A stretch of 63,504 bases of DNA, counting the filler, from Octopus bimaculoides (taxonomy: Eukaryota), in assembly GCF_001194135.2 (NCBI RefSeq). It is 4 parts of 4 records of this genome, joined end to end, with 100 filler letters (N's around TTAATTAATTAA, not from the genome) between each part and the next. Parts side by side here need not be neighbours in the genome. Positions count along the whole stretch, not along the records: positions 25,789 to 52,801 come from NC_068989.1; 3 more parts are not named here. One strand, written 5' to 3'. The notes under the pieces were generated by a model. The model was given only the letters and a program-made list of their open reading frames with translations, had not been told where the DNA came from and made no database searches. The stretch's first letter is position 1; every line of letters begins with the position of its first letter. Shown piece by piece: positions 26,880 through 37,370 of this stretch. The position numbers were made by a program, and so were the translations under genes.

Positions 26880-27280
26880 CGAAAGCGTCGAATATATATA
26901 TTGGTGCCTGTTTCTATAGTAACAAGTCGAAGTATAATCTGCTTCGCCTGTATTTGAAATGTTTATTGTTGAAAAACGGATATTTTCGGTTGATGTGCTG
27001 TCACTTTCTTCATTTTCATCATTTTAACAGCGCATTTTCCTGGACCTTTTCAACCTAAATAGAAGTATGACCACAGCCAAGTCGTTTAGCCTTTCGAATG
27101 TGATGGAGAAATTGAAAACCAAGGAGAACAGTGAACCACTGAGCTGAGTTTACTAATTCTAAAGATGATATCCACACGCAACAACTGGAAAGCACATGGG
27201 ACTCTGTAAAACGAGGGAATAAAGAGGCCGTGCAACCCACCGTTGACTTGTATCTGTGCGAGTTAATGTAGCACAAGAGA
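26880..27280 (+). mobile_element. Merlin (IS1595-like) transposase relic
   Basis: TVNH*AEFTNSKDDIHTQQLESTWDSVKR...VDLYLCELM resembles the TVNHS..F.....HTQ.IES.W motif. Upstream SKYN and FIVEKR remnants are in the expected order. Confidence 0.55.
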
Positions 27281-27664
27281 TATGAAAATTGTAATTTATT
27301 TAATAAACTCCTAGCGAGTATCGAAAACATTCGTTTTGAATATTCGATGTATATTCGATCTTTTGCCAAAAAAATATCCATCAGAATTTTTCAGATTATA
27401 TTTTGTTTACATGCCTACTCCAACATTTCACATGACTTTGTTCATTAAAACATTAAATTTTCCGTCGTGATATTGCCATCGTAATGTTTTGTCGTCGTAA
27501 TGTTGTTACCATTCACAAAATATCAGCCTCCAAATACTATTTTCGAATAGGTTAAAAAATAGTCAATTCAGCGTGAAAATTTACATCAATATAACAAATT
27601 TGAAAATTTTCCCTTAATTTTCAAATTTCAAAAAGATCCCGCAGTACGTTTATTTGACGGTATT

Positions 27665-27785
27665 TTATGGCACGCTCTAGGACGTTGCACTCACGATCTT
27701 GCGAACATGGTTTCGATTCCTGAACTGGGTTCGTCAGCAAAACACTTTATTTCATGTTGCTCCAGTGCTGTTTAGGCTCTGGCAC
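27665..27785 (+). mobile_element. Truncated, degenerate family A SINE head
   Basis: GGTTTCGATTCCTG B-box-like motif followed by CAAAACACTTTATTTC. Confidence 0.5.
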
Positions 27786-28611
27786 ATCAAAAGCTACACC
27801 CTACGTTTCCTCCGCGTGTCCTAAAAGGCGACTAAAGGAAGTCGAGGTAGCATTTGGATTCCATCCGTGTAAAAACATTTACCAATAACGACTACCCAAC
27901 GGCCGCCATCGGTTGTAGTGTTGGAGGGATGCAAACGTGTTATCCGCCAAGATTAGGAAATCATCAATAAATGGCGGATGCAACTATGTGGTGTTACATC
28001 GCAGGCTCTCATTCAGTACTATTACATTAATAGACTTATACCAGTCTACTCCTTAAAGCTGCGAGGCGACATAATCGCTCGTACGTTGAACAAAATGCCA
28101 AACGGCCTTTCCAGGGCTCTTTCCTTTCTAAGCCCAAATCCTGCTAAGGAGCTTTGCTTTTCATCTTTTGGGGTCACTAAAATAAAGCACCCGTCAAGTA
28201 CTGGGTTCGATGCAATCGATTTATCCCCACTCCTCAAAAATGCTAACCCTGAAACTTGGAACAAATTCAGCTGGAATCTCATGATCTTGCTAAGTTTCAG
28301 ACCAAGGAAACAAGGTAGAGTCGGTTTCATGAGGCCTGGGGCTCCAGTAGAATAATAAACTTTTATTCGTAAAGCTGTGAACCTGAAAAATCTTCATACG
28401 GGCCCCTTTTAAAGCAGTAATTGAAGTACGTAATCTGACGGTGGTGTCTTTCTGAAATTTGGATTAAAATGTGGCCGCCCTTCACTTATCGCTTAACTCC
28501 CAAACACAATGGCCGTAAATTGATTTCCAGCAGTTGATACAGCGTTCGTCCCGGTATTTTCCCTTCTCTTACCTTCTATTCCGAGATCTAACACTAACTT
28601 TACCAAGGCTG

Positions 28612-28828
28612 CGAGCTAGCAAAAACGTTAGCACGTCTGGGCGAAATGCATAGCGATATTTCGTCTGTCTTTCCGTTCTGAGTTCGAATTCCGCCGAGGT
28701 CGACTTTGCCTTTCATCCTTTTGCGGTCGGTAAATTAAGTACCAGTTGCGTACTGGGATCGGTTTAATCGACTGGCTTCCCTCCCCAAAAATTTCGGGCC
28801 TTGTGCCGAGAATAGAAAAGAATATTAA
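28612..28828 (+). mobile_element. tRNA-derived SINE (family B)
   Basis: GCGAGCTAGCAAAAACGTTAGCACG...GAGTTCGAATTCCGCCGAGGTCGAC; same family at 43338, 45690-46325 and 58920. Confidence 0.85.
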
Positions 28829-28996
28829 CTTTGCCCACTTGTGTATGTGTTCACACACAAACACATACGTTCTCCCCCGCGCACAGACACATATAAATAC
28901 AGGCATACACACACACACACACACACACATATACAAGCACACAAACAGACAGACGCACACACATACACACACATATACACGTACAGGTCTCGTTGT

Positions 28997-29165
28997 ATCG
29001 AAAGAGACGCAGGCGTGGCCGAACGGTAAGAAGTTTGCTTTACAACTGCAAGATTACGGGTTCAGTTCCACAGCGGAGTATCTTGGGCAAGTATCTTCTA
29101 CTGCAGACGTGGGCCGATCAAAGTCTTGTGATTGGATTTGGTAGACAGAAACTGAAAAAAGCCCT
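28997..29165 (+). mobile_element. SINE family C head
   Basis: Matches 30640-30800. Confidence 0.75.
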
Positions 29166-29210
29166 TCATATATATATATATATATATATATGCAGAGAAC
29201 ATACATATGT

Positions 29211-29594
29211 GTACATTATTTACATTATTTACATTTAACGATATTTGTCCTCATCTTGTTAATACAACTTCGCTATATGCTCGTGGGCGTAGTGGTTAAG
29301 AGCGGGGACTACTAACCCCGAGATTCCAAGTTCGATTCCAAGCTGTGACCTGAATAATAATAATAATAATAATAAAAATAACTACAACAACAATAATAAT
29401 AATAGCAATAATAATAATAATAATAATAATGATAATAATAACATCGGAAAATACCTTAGGAATGAGAAACCAGGTTCGAAATTTCCCCAAGACACCTGAT
29501 GAAGGCTGGAGGGTATATCAGGCGAAACGTCGTGTTAACAGCAAACAAGATGAGGACAAATATCCGTCAAATGTAAATATTGTAAATAATGTAC
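29211..29594 (+). mobile_element. Composite non-autonomous retroelement: inverted flank, tRNA-like head, (AAT)n, hammerhead fold, tail
   Basis: 50-bp inverted repeats at 29211-29260 and 29544-29594; GGGCGTAGTGGTTAAGAG...AGTTCGATTCC head; (AAT)n at 29353-29440; hammerhead core at 29496-29531. Confidence 0.7.
29491..29536 (+). ncRNA. Putative minimal type I hammerhead ribozyme
   Basis: GACAC-CTGATGA-A-GGCTG-gagggtatat-CAGGC-GAAA-C-GTC|GTGTT. Intact core, helix I GACAC/GTGTT, helix II with one G-G mismatch, palindromic ACGT helix III. Confidence 0.7.
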
Positions 29595-29798
29595 TTATTT
29601 CCTCATCTCTTAAATATAGAACTATATATGTATGTCTGTGTGTGTGAATGCGTGTATGCATGTGTGTTCGACTTGCTTCTGCGCAAAGAAACTGAAGGCC
29701 AAATAATATGGTCGCGAATAGAACTTGTTAATGGCACTTGAGTCCTGCGTTCACGCCCGTAGATCTTATTAACCGCTCAGCAGTGTCTACAGCCGTAC

Positions 29799-29874
29799 CT
29801 GCACCCACGTATGAAACATTCTATAATGTACGTTCACATCATACTTCGACTTTAGCTCAGATAAAGCTTGAAAT
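29799..29874 (-). CDS. Candidate internal exon (FQALSELKSKYDVNVHYRMFHTWVQ)
   Basis: tgtttgtag acceptor and CAG|gtacgg donor; one open frame; weak resemblance to iGluR amino-terminal domain. Confidence 0.25.
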
Positions 29875-30261
29875 CTACAAACACAGCCTTTCTTCTCAAA
29901 TCGATAAATATACAAAATCATACAACCTTCCATTATACAAGCAAAGAATGTTAAAATATCGTTTATTTTAATATAAAACAAAAACACAATAAAAACGATA
30001 ACTATTATGCTCAGAAATTTTTAGATTAAAAATTATGGCATATACGTTTGCAATAAATCTCGCTGACATTACAGTTATTAAATACTGTCATAAAATAAGC
30101 AGAGGTGATTCCTAAAAGCCACCACAATACTGGAAAGGATATATAAATTTATTCGACATTTTAGCATTTCCAAATCTAATTCACAAAGAATAAATAATTC
30201 ATAGATGCCATCCGCATGGCGAGCGAGTGTTGAGTCAGTGTTGACATGCATATATACAGAC

Positions 30262-30552
30262 ATGTGAAGGTGCATGGCTTCGTCGTTAGGGTATGCATCT
30301 CACAATCGTCAGTTCTTGAGTTCGATGCCTGGAGGCGCGATGTGTTCTTGAGGAAAATACTTCATTTCACGTTGGTCCTGTCCATTCCGCTGCCAAGAAT
30401 GAGAAGCAGATGTAATTCAAACGGCCAGCTTGTTGCATTTTGTATCATGAGTGCTCGGTCACTTGCACATTAATTTCATGAGTATTCACGTTAGTTTCAC
30501 TTGAATTTCTGATCAAATGGAACCCACATCGTCGTAACCAACGGAGAGCCAT
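30262..30552 (+). mobile_element. Degenerate family A-like SINE
   Basis: GAGTTCGATGCC B-box-like motif; 3' end CACTTGCACATTAATTTCA...CGTCGTAACC matches family A. Confidence 0.6.
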
Positions 30553-30639
30553 ACAAACAAGTTAGCACAATTCTATATGAGTGTAAAAGAAGATAGAATG
30601 ATAGTGATATGCGTGTATATAGCCGTAGGAAAGGCTATA

Positions 30640-31085
30640 GGCGCAGGAGTGGTCGTGGGGTAAGCAGCTTGCTTACCTACCACATGGTTCAGGGTTCAGA
30701 TCCATTGCGCGGCACCTTGGGTAAATGACTTCTACTATAGCCTCAGGCCAAATGAAACCTTGTGAGTGGATTTGGTAGACGGAAACTGAAGAAACCCGTC
30801 GTATACACACATACACACACACACACATACACACATACAGACATATGTATGTATGTATATGTGTGTGTATATGTTTGTGTCTATGTTTGTTCCTCCATCA
30901 TCGCTTGACAACCGATGCTGGTTTGTTTACGTGCCCCTAACATAGCGGTTCGGTCGGCAAAAGAGACCGATAGAATAAATACTAGGCTTACAAAGAACAA
31001 GTTCTGGGTCGATTTGTTCGATTAAAGGCTGTACTCCAGCACGGCCGCAGTCAAATGACTGAAACAAGTAAAAGAATAAAAGAAT
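30640..31085 (+). mobile_element. Near full-length tRNA-derived SINE (family C)
   Basis: GGCGCAGGAGTGG...GGTTCAG head, central (CA)/(TG) microsatellite, tail ending GAAACAAGTAAAAGAATAAAAGAAT. Confidence 0.88.
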
Positions 31086-31669
31086 AGTATACTTATGAGA
31101 ATAGGATTCAATTAAAATACTTGTTCAAGAACGTATAACTGTAATAGATGCAGTGGTGGATGCGTGGTTAGAAGCTTACTATCAAATTACATATTTCTGG
31201 GTTCTTTTCCTCTGCGTTAACATCTTCGCCACTTGGGTAAGTCCTATAAATGTTCGGCAAAACGGTCTGTGAAGTGTCGTCTAATATGGTTTCTGAAAGG
31301 GCAAAAATTGTAGAGGATGCAGGAAATGTGATTGGTATTGGTGTATGTCAACGGCCGACTTAACTCTAGTGAGTGGAATTTGGTAGATGGAAAGAAAAAG
31401 AAACGCGTTATGTATATGTGTGTGTGTGTATGTACTACGTATACATATACATGTATGTTTTTACATTCTTGCATTCAATTCCCACCGGGGTAAAAATTTA
31501 GCCTTTTTTTCCTTTAGGAGTCAATGAAATAAGTATCAGTTGAAGACTCGTATCAATAGAATCAACTTACGAACTTGCTGGACTTGTACAAAAAAAATAA
31601 AATAAAAATAAAATAAAATGAAACAATTATTTTTAATTTGGCTCAGGTTTGGTCTTATTCCTGGTAGGA

Positions 31670-31955
31670 CTTACGTGGATAGCTGGTTACTATCTATAAC
31701 CTTAGGTATCCACAAGTTTTCAGCTGTCTTTCAAGTACTTAGAACCCTCCTGATAATCCTTGCTGCCCCCAAGTGACATGGTTTCTATAGGAGCTCTACC
31801 GGGCATTCTATTTCAATCTCATTTAGCCATTTCTCTAAATCTAAGCTTATTGTTCTGAACGCATCAATTGTTATAAGCACGACCTTTAGTGTTCTTGCTA
31901 TTTCATATTTTAAATTTTAACAGATTGTATTTTTTGTTTCTCTTCATCTTTCTTT
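31670..31955 (-). mobile_element. R4/Dong-like RLE C-terminal fragment
   Basis: LKVVLITIDAFRTISLDLEKWLNEIEIECPVELL*...LGAARIIRRVLS; begins right after an (AAT)n tract. Confidence 0.6.
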
Positions 31956-31991
31956 ACGTATTATTATTATCATTATTATTATTATTATTAT

Positions 31992-32403
31992 TTTATGTTT
32001 GACTTTTGTTTTGCATTTGTACAAGTTGGATCCAAGTCTCACCCAGAGACCCCAAGAGACAACAAGTTAGAAGTTCATTCAGGTGTTATGCCTAGGGTAC
32101 CATATATTTGGATTTGTACAGTTTTGTTCAAGCGAATGTTTAAGAAACCATAAGAAAATTATGTGTTTGCTTTAAAATTTGAGATCACATAGACAGTATT
32201 TTACGTAGGATATGGGCAGTTCCCATGAGCACTATCTTTTGAACTTCAGCCATTTTGGGGTTTCCTGGTATCTGAGCTAGGTAGTAATCAGCCCGTTTCG
32301 CTGTCATTCCCAGGGCACCTATGACAATAGGTATTGTTTTCGTCTTCAGATTCCACATTTTGCTAATTTCTATTTCAAGATCTTTATATTTGCTCAGTTT
32401 TTG

Positions 32404-32404
<1 letters not shown>
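31992..32404 (-). mobile_element. 5'-truncated R4/Dong-like retrotransposon 3' end with UTR
   Basis: KLSKYKDLEIEISKMWNLKTKTIPIVIGALG...VQKIVLMGTAHILRKILSM*, then about 190 bp of 3'UTR; (AAT)n on both sides. Confidence 0.88.
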
Positions 32405-32477
<73 letters not shown>

Positions 32478-32680
32478 GGTGAGCGGGAAGAATCATGAGC
32501 ACACGATAAAATGTAACGCGGCAAGTCTTGACGCTTTCAGTCCATAGTTCAATTTCCATCGTGATCGACTTAACTTTTCACCCTCATGGTGTCGATATGC
32601 ATCATCTATGCACTCGGGTTGATGAAATCGACTAATCCCCTCCCCACAAATTTCTCGCCCTCTGCCTACTATAGAAGTAA
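32478..32680 (+). mobile_element. Degenerate family B SINE
   Basis: GGTGAGCGGGAAGAATC...ATCGACTAATCCCCTCCCCACAAATTTC is colinear with family B. Confidence 0.55.
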
Positions 32681-33042
32681 TAGTAATAATTATCATTAAA
32701 AAGCAGTGGGTGTGCCAAACCCGGAAATCGCTTGGTATTATATTGTGAATTCAAATTCGCCTGTGAGCTATTAAGTTTTTTTGTGAAGTGCTCGTTTTTG
32801 TTGTCATCATCGGTTTTGTTTTGTTTCTTCTTTTGGTGTTTCTTTCCTCATCGTCATCATAGTTGCCGATGCTGTTGTTCTTGTTTTTGGTGATGACAAG
32901 GCGTTGATTTTTTTTACCCACAGTTCAGAAAATGACACAAACGGGAATATGATCAAAGTCATGCAAGCCGTGAATATCCCATCTATTTATTGAACCCATT
33001 GTATCTCCGATTAAATTAACCAATGATCTTTTTTCACAACAG

Positions 33043-33153
33043 CAGGGTGTAATTTGTACGAGATGTGGCCGCTATATCGAGAACCTCTAGTTACAACGCA
33101 AAGAAAAATTTTCTTGTTGGCTATGGCACGTCCTAAGAGAGTTGATTATATTG
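33043..33153 (+). CDS. Candidate symmetric 111-nt exon (GCNLYEMWPLYREPLVTTQRKIFLLAMARPKRVDYI)
   Basis: ttttttcacaacag acceptor, G|gtaaat donor, one open frame, phase 1-1. No homology recognised. Confidence 0.25.
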
Positions 33154-33584
33154 GTAAATGTCATTTAATGAAGGGCTCACAAAATCAGATATCTGTGGTC
33201 TTTTTTCTTTTCATAGAAACACCAATTCCTATCATTATGATTTGTTAGATTCCAACGCTACACATCGATATTATATTTTTCCTTAGTTTCACGTTCATTT
33301 TCCATGTAGTTCTTGTCCTCTACTTCCTTCTCCTTCTCCTTCTTCTCCTACATCTTCATCCTCATATTAATATTATTGTTGCTGTTTTTGTTTTTGGTGT
33401 GGTTGTTACGGTTTATTTATATATTGGCTTCCTTCTATTTAACATTATCAAACTCACGTATCAATAAATATTATTATCACAATTGAATATTAGACAAGGC
33501 CGGATCGATATTAGACAGCGACCTTCCTGTTGCTTTCCTTCCACAGTAATACATACACAATTATTAAAGAAGAAACAACATTAC

Positions 33585-33654
<70 letters not shown>

Positions 33655-34569
33655 AATATACGCATATATATACTCGTCGCACACACTTGCCTATACATAT
33701 GGATATATGCATATACATATATATATATGTATATATTAAATATATACATCAATGTATCTACATATATGTATATATACACACACAAGTATAGATATGCTGA
33801 ATTTCAATGTACACATTCCTGCATGCGTGTATATATATGTGTATATGTGTATATATGTATCTTTGTATATATATATATATATNNNNNNNNNNNNNNNNNN
33901 NNNNNNNNNNNNNNNNNNNNNNNNNNNNNNNNNNNNNNNNNNNNNNNNNNNNNNNNNNNNNNNNNNNNNNNNNNNNNNNNNNNNNNNNNNNNNNNNNNNN
34001 NNNNNNNNNNNNNNNNNNNNNNNNNNNNNNNNNNNNNNNNNNNNNNNNNNNNNNNNNNNNNNNNNNNNNNNNNNNNNNNNNNNNNNNNNNNNNNNNNNNN
34101 NNNNNNNNNNNNNNNNNNNNNNNNNNNNNNNNNNNNNNNNNNNNNNNNNNNNNNNNNNNNNNNNNNNNNNNNNNNNNNNNNNNNNNNNNNNNNNNNNNNN
34201 NNNNNNNNNNNNNNNNNNNNNNNNNNNNNNNNNNNNNNNNNNNNNNNNNNNNNNNNTATATATATATAGGTGTGTGTATGTGTATGCGTGTATATCTGTG
34301 TATGCATGCTTATATTCATACAAGACACACACCCATAGACGCGCGCATACTCTATCGCTTAGGATTTTTTTTACGTATATATTGATATTAATGCATACAA
34401 TTCTATCTTCTCTTTGTATGTTACTGTTTATTGTACGTTTTAACCATACCTTGACTGATTGTGAATACACGCACGCGAGCTCGCGCGCAGACCCGTACAC
34501 ATGGACAGACATACACACACATACACACAAATATACTCAACGGATCCTCCGGAAGAAGATTAATGTAAA

Positions 34570-34715
34570 TATGTAATGAGCCCTGGGAACAGTGAGCAAA
34601 AATCTCGAGAAGAACATGGAACAAATAGGGGCTGCAATAAGGGTGGAGCACTTGCAGAAAACAACACTGCTTGAAACCGCTCGAATACTCCGGAGGGTGC
34701 TCGAAAAAATTGGCG
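34570..34715 (+). mobile_element. R4/Dong-like RLE C-terminal fragment
   Basis: ALGTVSKNLEKNMEQIGAAIRVEHLQKTTLLETARILRRVLE. Confidence 0.7.
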
Positions 34716-35389
34716 TTCATATTAAGACAGGATATTTTATTTCTCTTGTTTTGACGTGTTCAAAGACAGTGGAAAATTCGGTTCTGCTACGGTGTACCCC
34801 ATAAACAAACGAATTATTTTATTAACAAATATTTCGATGATTTTCGGATCCGTTTAACTTGGAGTGAAAAAGTAAAGGTTTGTCCATGACTATTTTAATA
34901 TATGTTATATTTTGGAGTAACGGCGAGAAAAGTAAGCAGAAGCACGGTAACTCTAAACAAACACATAAGGAAAACAATTAGGCAAAACGCGGTACAAAAT
35001 CAGGGAAAGATAAATCATGAGAGTAAAATGGATAACACTGAAGAGCAGAAAAGTTCGAAAATGAGAAAAATAAGGAATTTCCTATCAATATAATTAGTAA
35101 TAATAACTGAAGGACGATTTTACCTTTAGCTCTTTCGGGGTCGATAAAATAACTACCTGTCAATCGAATGGATTTGTACCCCTACCCCGAAACTGTTGTC
35201 CGTGTGCTAAAAGATTTGAAACCAATATACATACATACACTTACATCTCTAAAAACCAATTCCACACATACTTTACCCGAACGGTAATACATAGAGGAGT
35301 GGAATAGAAAATTATATGAATCTGGAGAAAATACGACGATAATCAAAGATACATGCATCCGAGTATAACATATTTGTCATCGGTGCAGT

Positions 35390-35525
35390 TATGGCTGTGC
35401 GGAAAGAAGCTTAGAATGCTTCACAACTACGTAGTTTGTGGTTCAGTCACACCGTGTGGCACCTTGGATAAGTGTCTTCTACAATAGCTACAGGCCGAGC
35501 TAAAACTGAAAGAAGTTCTTCGTAC
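35390..35525 (-). mobile_element. SINE family C head
   Basis: Reverse complement of the family C head. Confidence 0.7.
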
Positions 35526-35539
35526 ATACCTACACACAC

Positions 35540-35610
<71 letters not shown>

Positions 35611-35714
35611 CATATATATATATACACGCACACATATAGAGAGTTAAAAATGAGATCAAGAGATGCTCCCAATATATACTTATTTGTGTGTGCGTGTGTG
35701 AGTTTATGTAACAT

Positions 35715-35935
35715 TAGACGAGTGTTTGTCTCTCCAGCGCCGGATCATAGCCGGTGCTGGTTTGTTTACGTATCCGTAACTGAGTGATTCGGGGGGAAAG
35801 AGAACGATAGAATGAGTATCATACTGAGTAACAAAGAAAAAGAAACGTTGTGAGGTCGATTCGCTCGATTGAAAATTCTTCAAGGCGGTGCCCCAGCATG
35901 GCCACAGTGTAATGAATGAAACAAGCAAAATATAA
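35715..35935 (+). mobile_element. SINE family C-like tail
   Basis: GCTGGTTTGTTTACGT...CCAGCATGGCCACAGT...GAAACAAG. Confidence 0.7.
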
Positions 35936-36318
35936 AAGACATCATTATATTTCCTTGTATTCCCTTATTCTCTTGTTCACTTAATCTGTAAATCATTTTT
36001 TTTATTTATAGAAAATTATACACTAGCATTATGTTATGTAATAATACAGTATATATAATTTTTCACTCTCTCCTTTGGTTTTGGTTTCAAATTAAAACAC
36101 TTCGTTTTTTCTAATTATCGATTACTGATTATGAAATTCAAAAGATCCTTATCTTTCTCTTACCCTATCTTTATTTCCCTCGAACTCATAACATACCCTC
36201 CTTTAATATCTCTTAATCCACCCCACTAACGCTCCACGTTCCTCTCTCTTTGCCCGTCAGCATACCTGTGCAGATGTACGTGTACTTGCTTTAGTTTCCA
36301 ACATTATACACATTCATG

Positions 36319-36352
<34 letters not shown>

Positions 36353-37329
36353 CACACACAAACAAGCATGTATATGTATATATATATATATATATATANN
36401 NNNNNNNNNNNNNNNNNNNNNNNNNNNNNNNNNNNNNNNNNNNNNNNNNNNNNNNNNNNNNNNNNNNNNNNNNNNNNNNNNNNNNNNNNNNNNNNNNNNN
36501 NNNNNNNNNNNNNNNNNNNNNNNNNNNNNNNNNNNNNNNNNNNNNNNNNNNNNNNNNNNNNNNNNNNNNNNNNNNNNNNNNNNNNNNNNNNNNNNNNNNN
36601 NNNNNNNNNNNNNNNNNNNNNNNNNNNNNNNNNNNNNNNNNNNNNNNNNNNNNNNNNNNNNNNNNNNNNNNNNNNNNNNNNNNNNNNNNNNNNNNNNNNN
36701 NNNNNNNNNNNNNNNNNNNNNNNNNNNNNNNNNNNNNNNNNNNNNNNNNNNNNNNNNNNNNNNNNNNNNNNNNNNNNNNNNNNNNNNNNNNNNNNNNNNN
36801 NNNNNNNNNNNNNNNNNNNNNNNNNNNNNNNNNNNNNNNNNNNNNNNNNNNNNNNNNNNNNNNNNNNNNNNNNNNNNNNNNNNNNNNNNNNNATATATAT
36901 ATATATATATATATATACGTTCGTATATATATATATGTATATATCTATACATCTATATATAATATATGCGTAAAATGATTGTTAATTGAATCGTGTTTGT
37001 TTTAAATCAAATTATTCCTAAAAAATAAGTTAAAAAGTATCGAAATGAAAAGAAAAAAGAAAAAGTAAAAAGTAAAAATATTGATAACGAGAGTTTGATT
37101 TTACTTCAATGGAGATAAAACGAGAATAAAAGCTTTATTCCGTGTCTAGAGATACGCACACAGCTATATATATGAATGTATACAGCTTCACAAAAAATAT
37201 ATATAAATAGATATGTATACATGCATGAGTATACACAGGTATATATAGATATACATATATACACACACACATATATAAATATATATATATATATACATAC
37301 ATACATTTATAGATACATACATACACACA

Positions 37330-37370
<41 letters not shown>

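Noticed and set aside
27031-27147. Apparent terminal exon RIFLDLF...EPLS*
   Set aside because: Better explained as part of the Merlin-like relic in another frame.
27978-28355. 125-aa and 94-aa overlapping ORFs
   Set aside because: They overlap a degenerate family B SINE; no protein similarity.
29286-29350. Possible tRNA gene
   Set aside because: No proper acceptor stem or cloverleaf; it is a SINE head, like the other tRNA-like heads.
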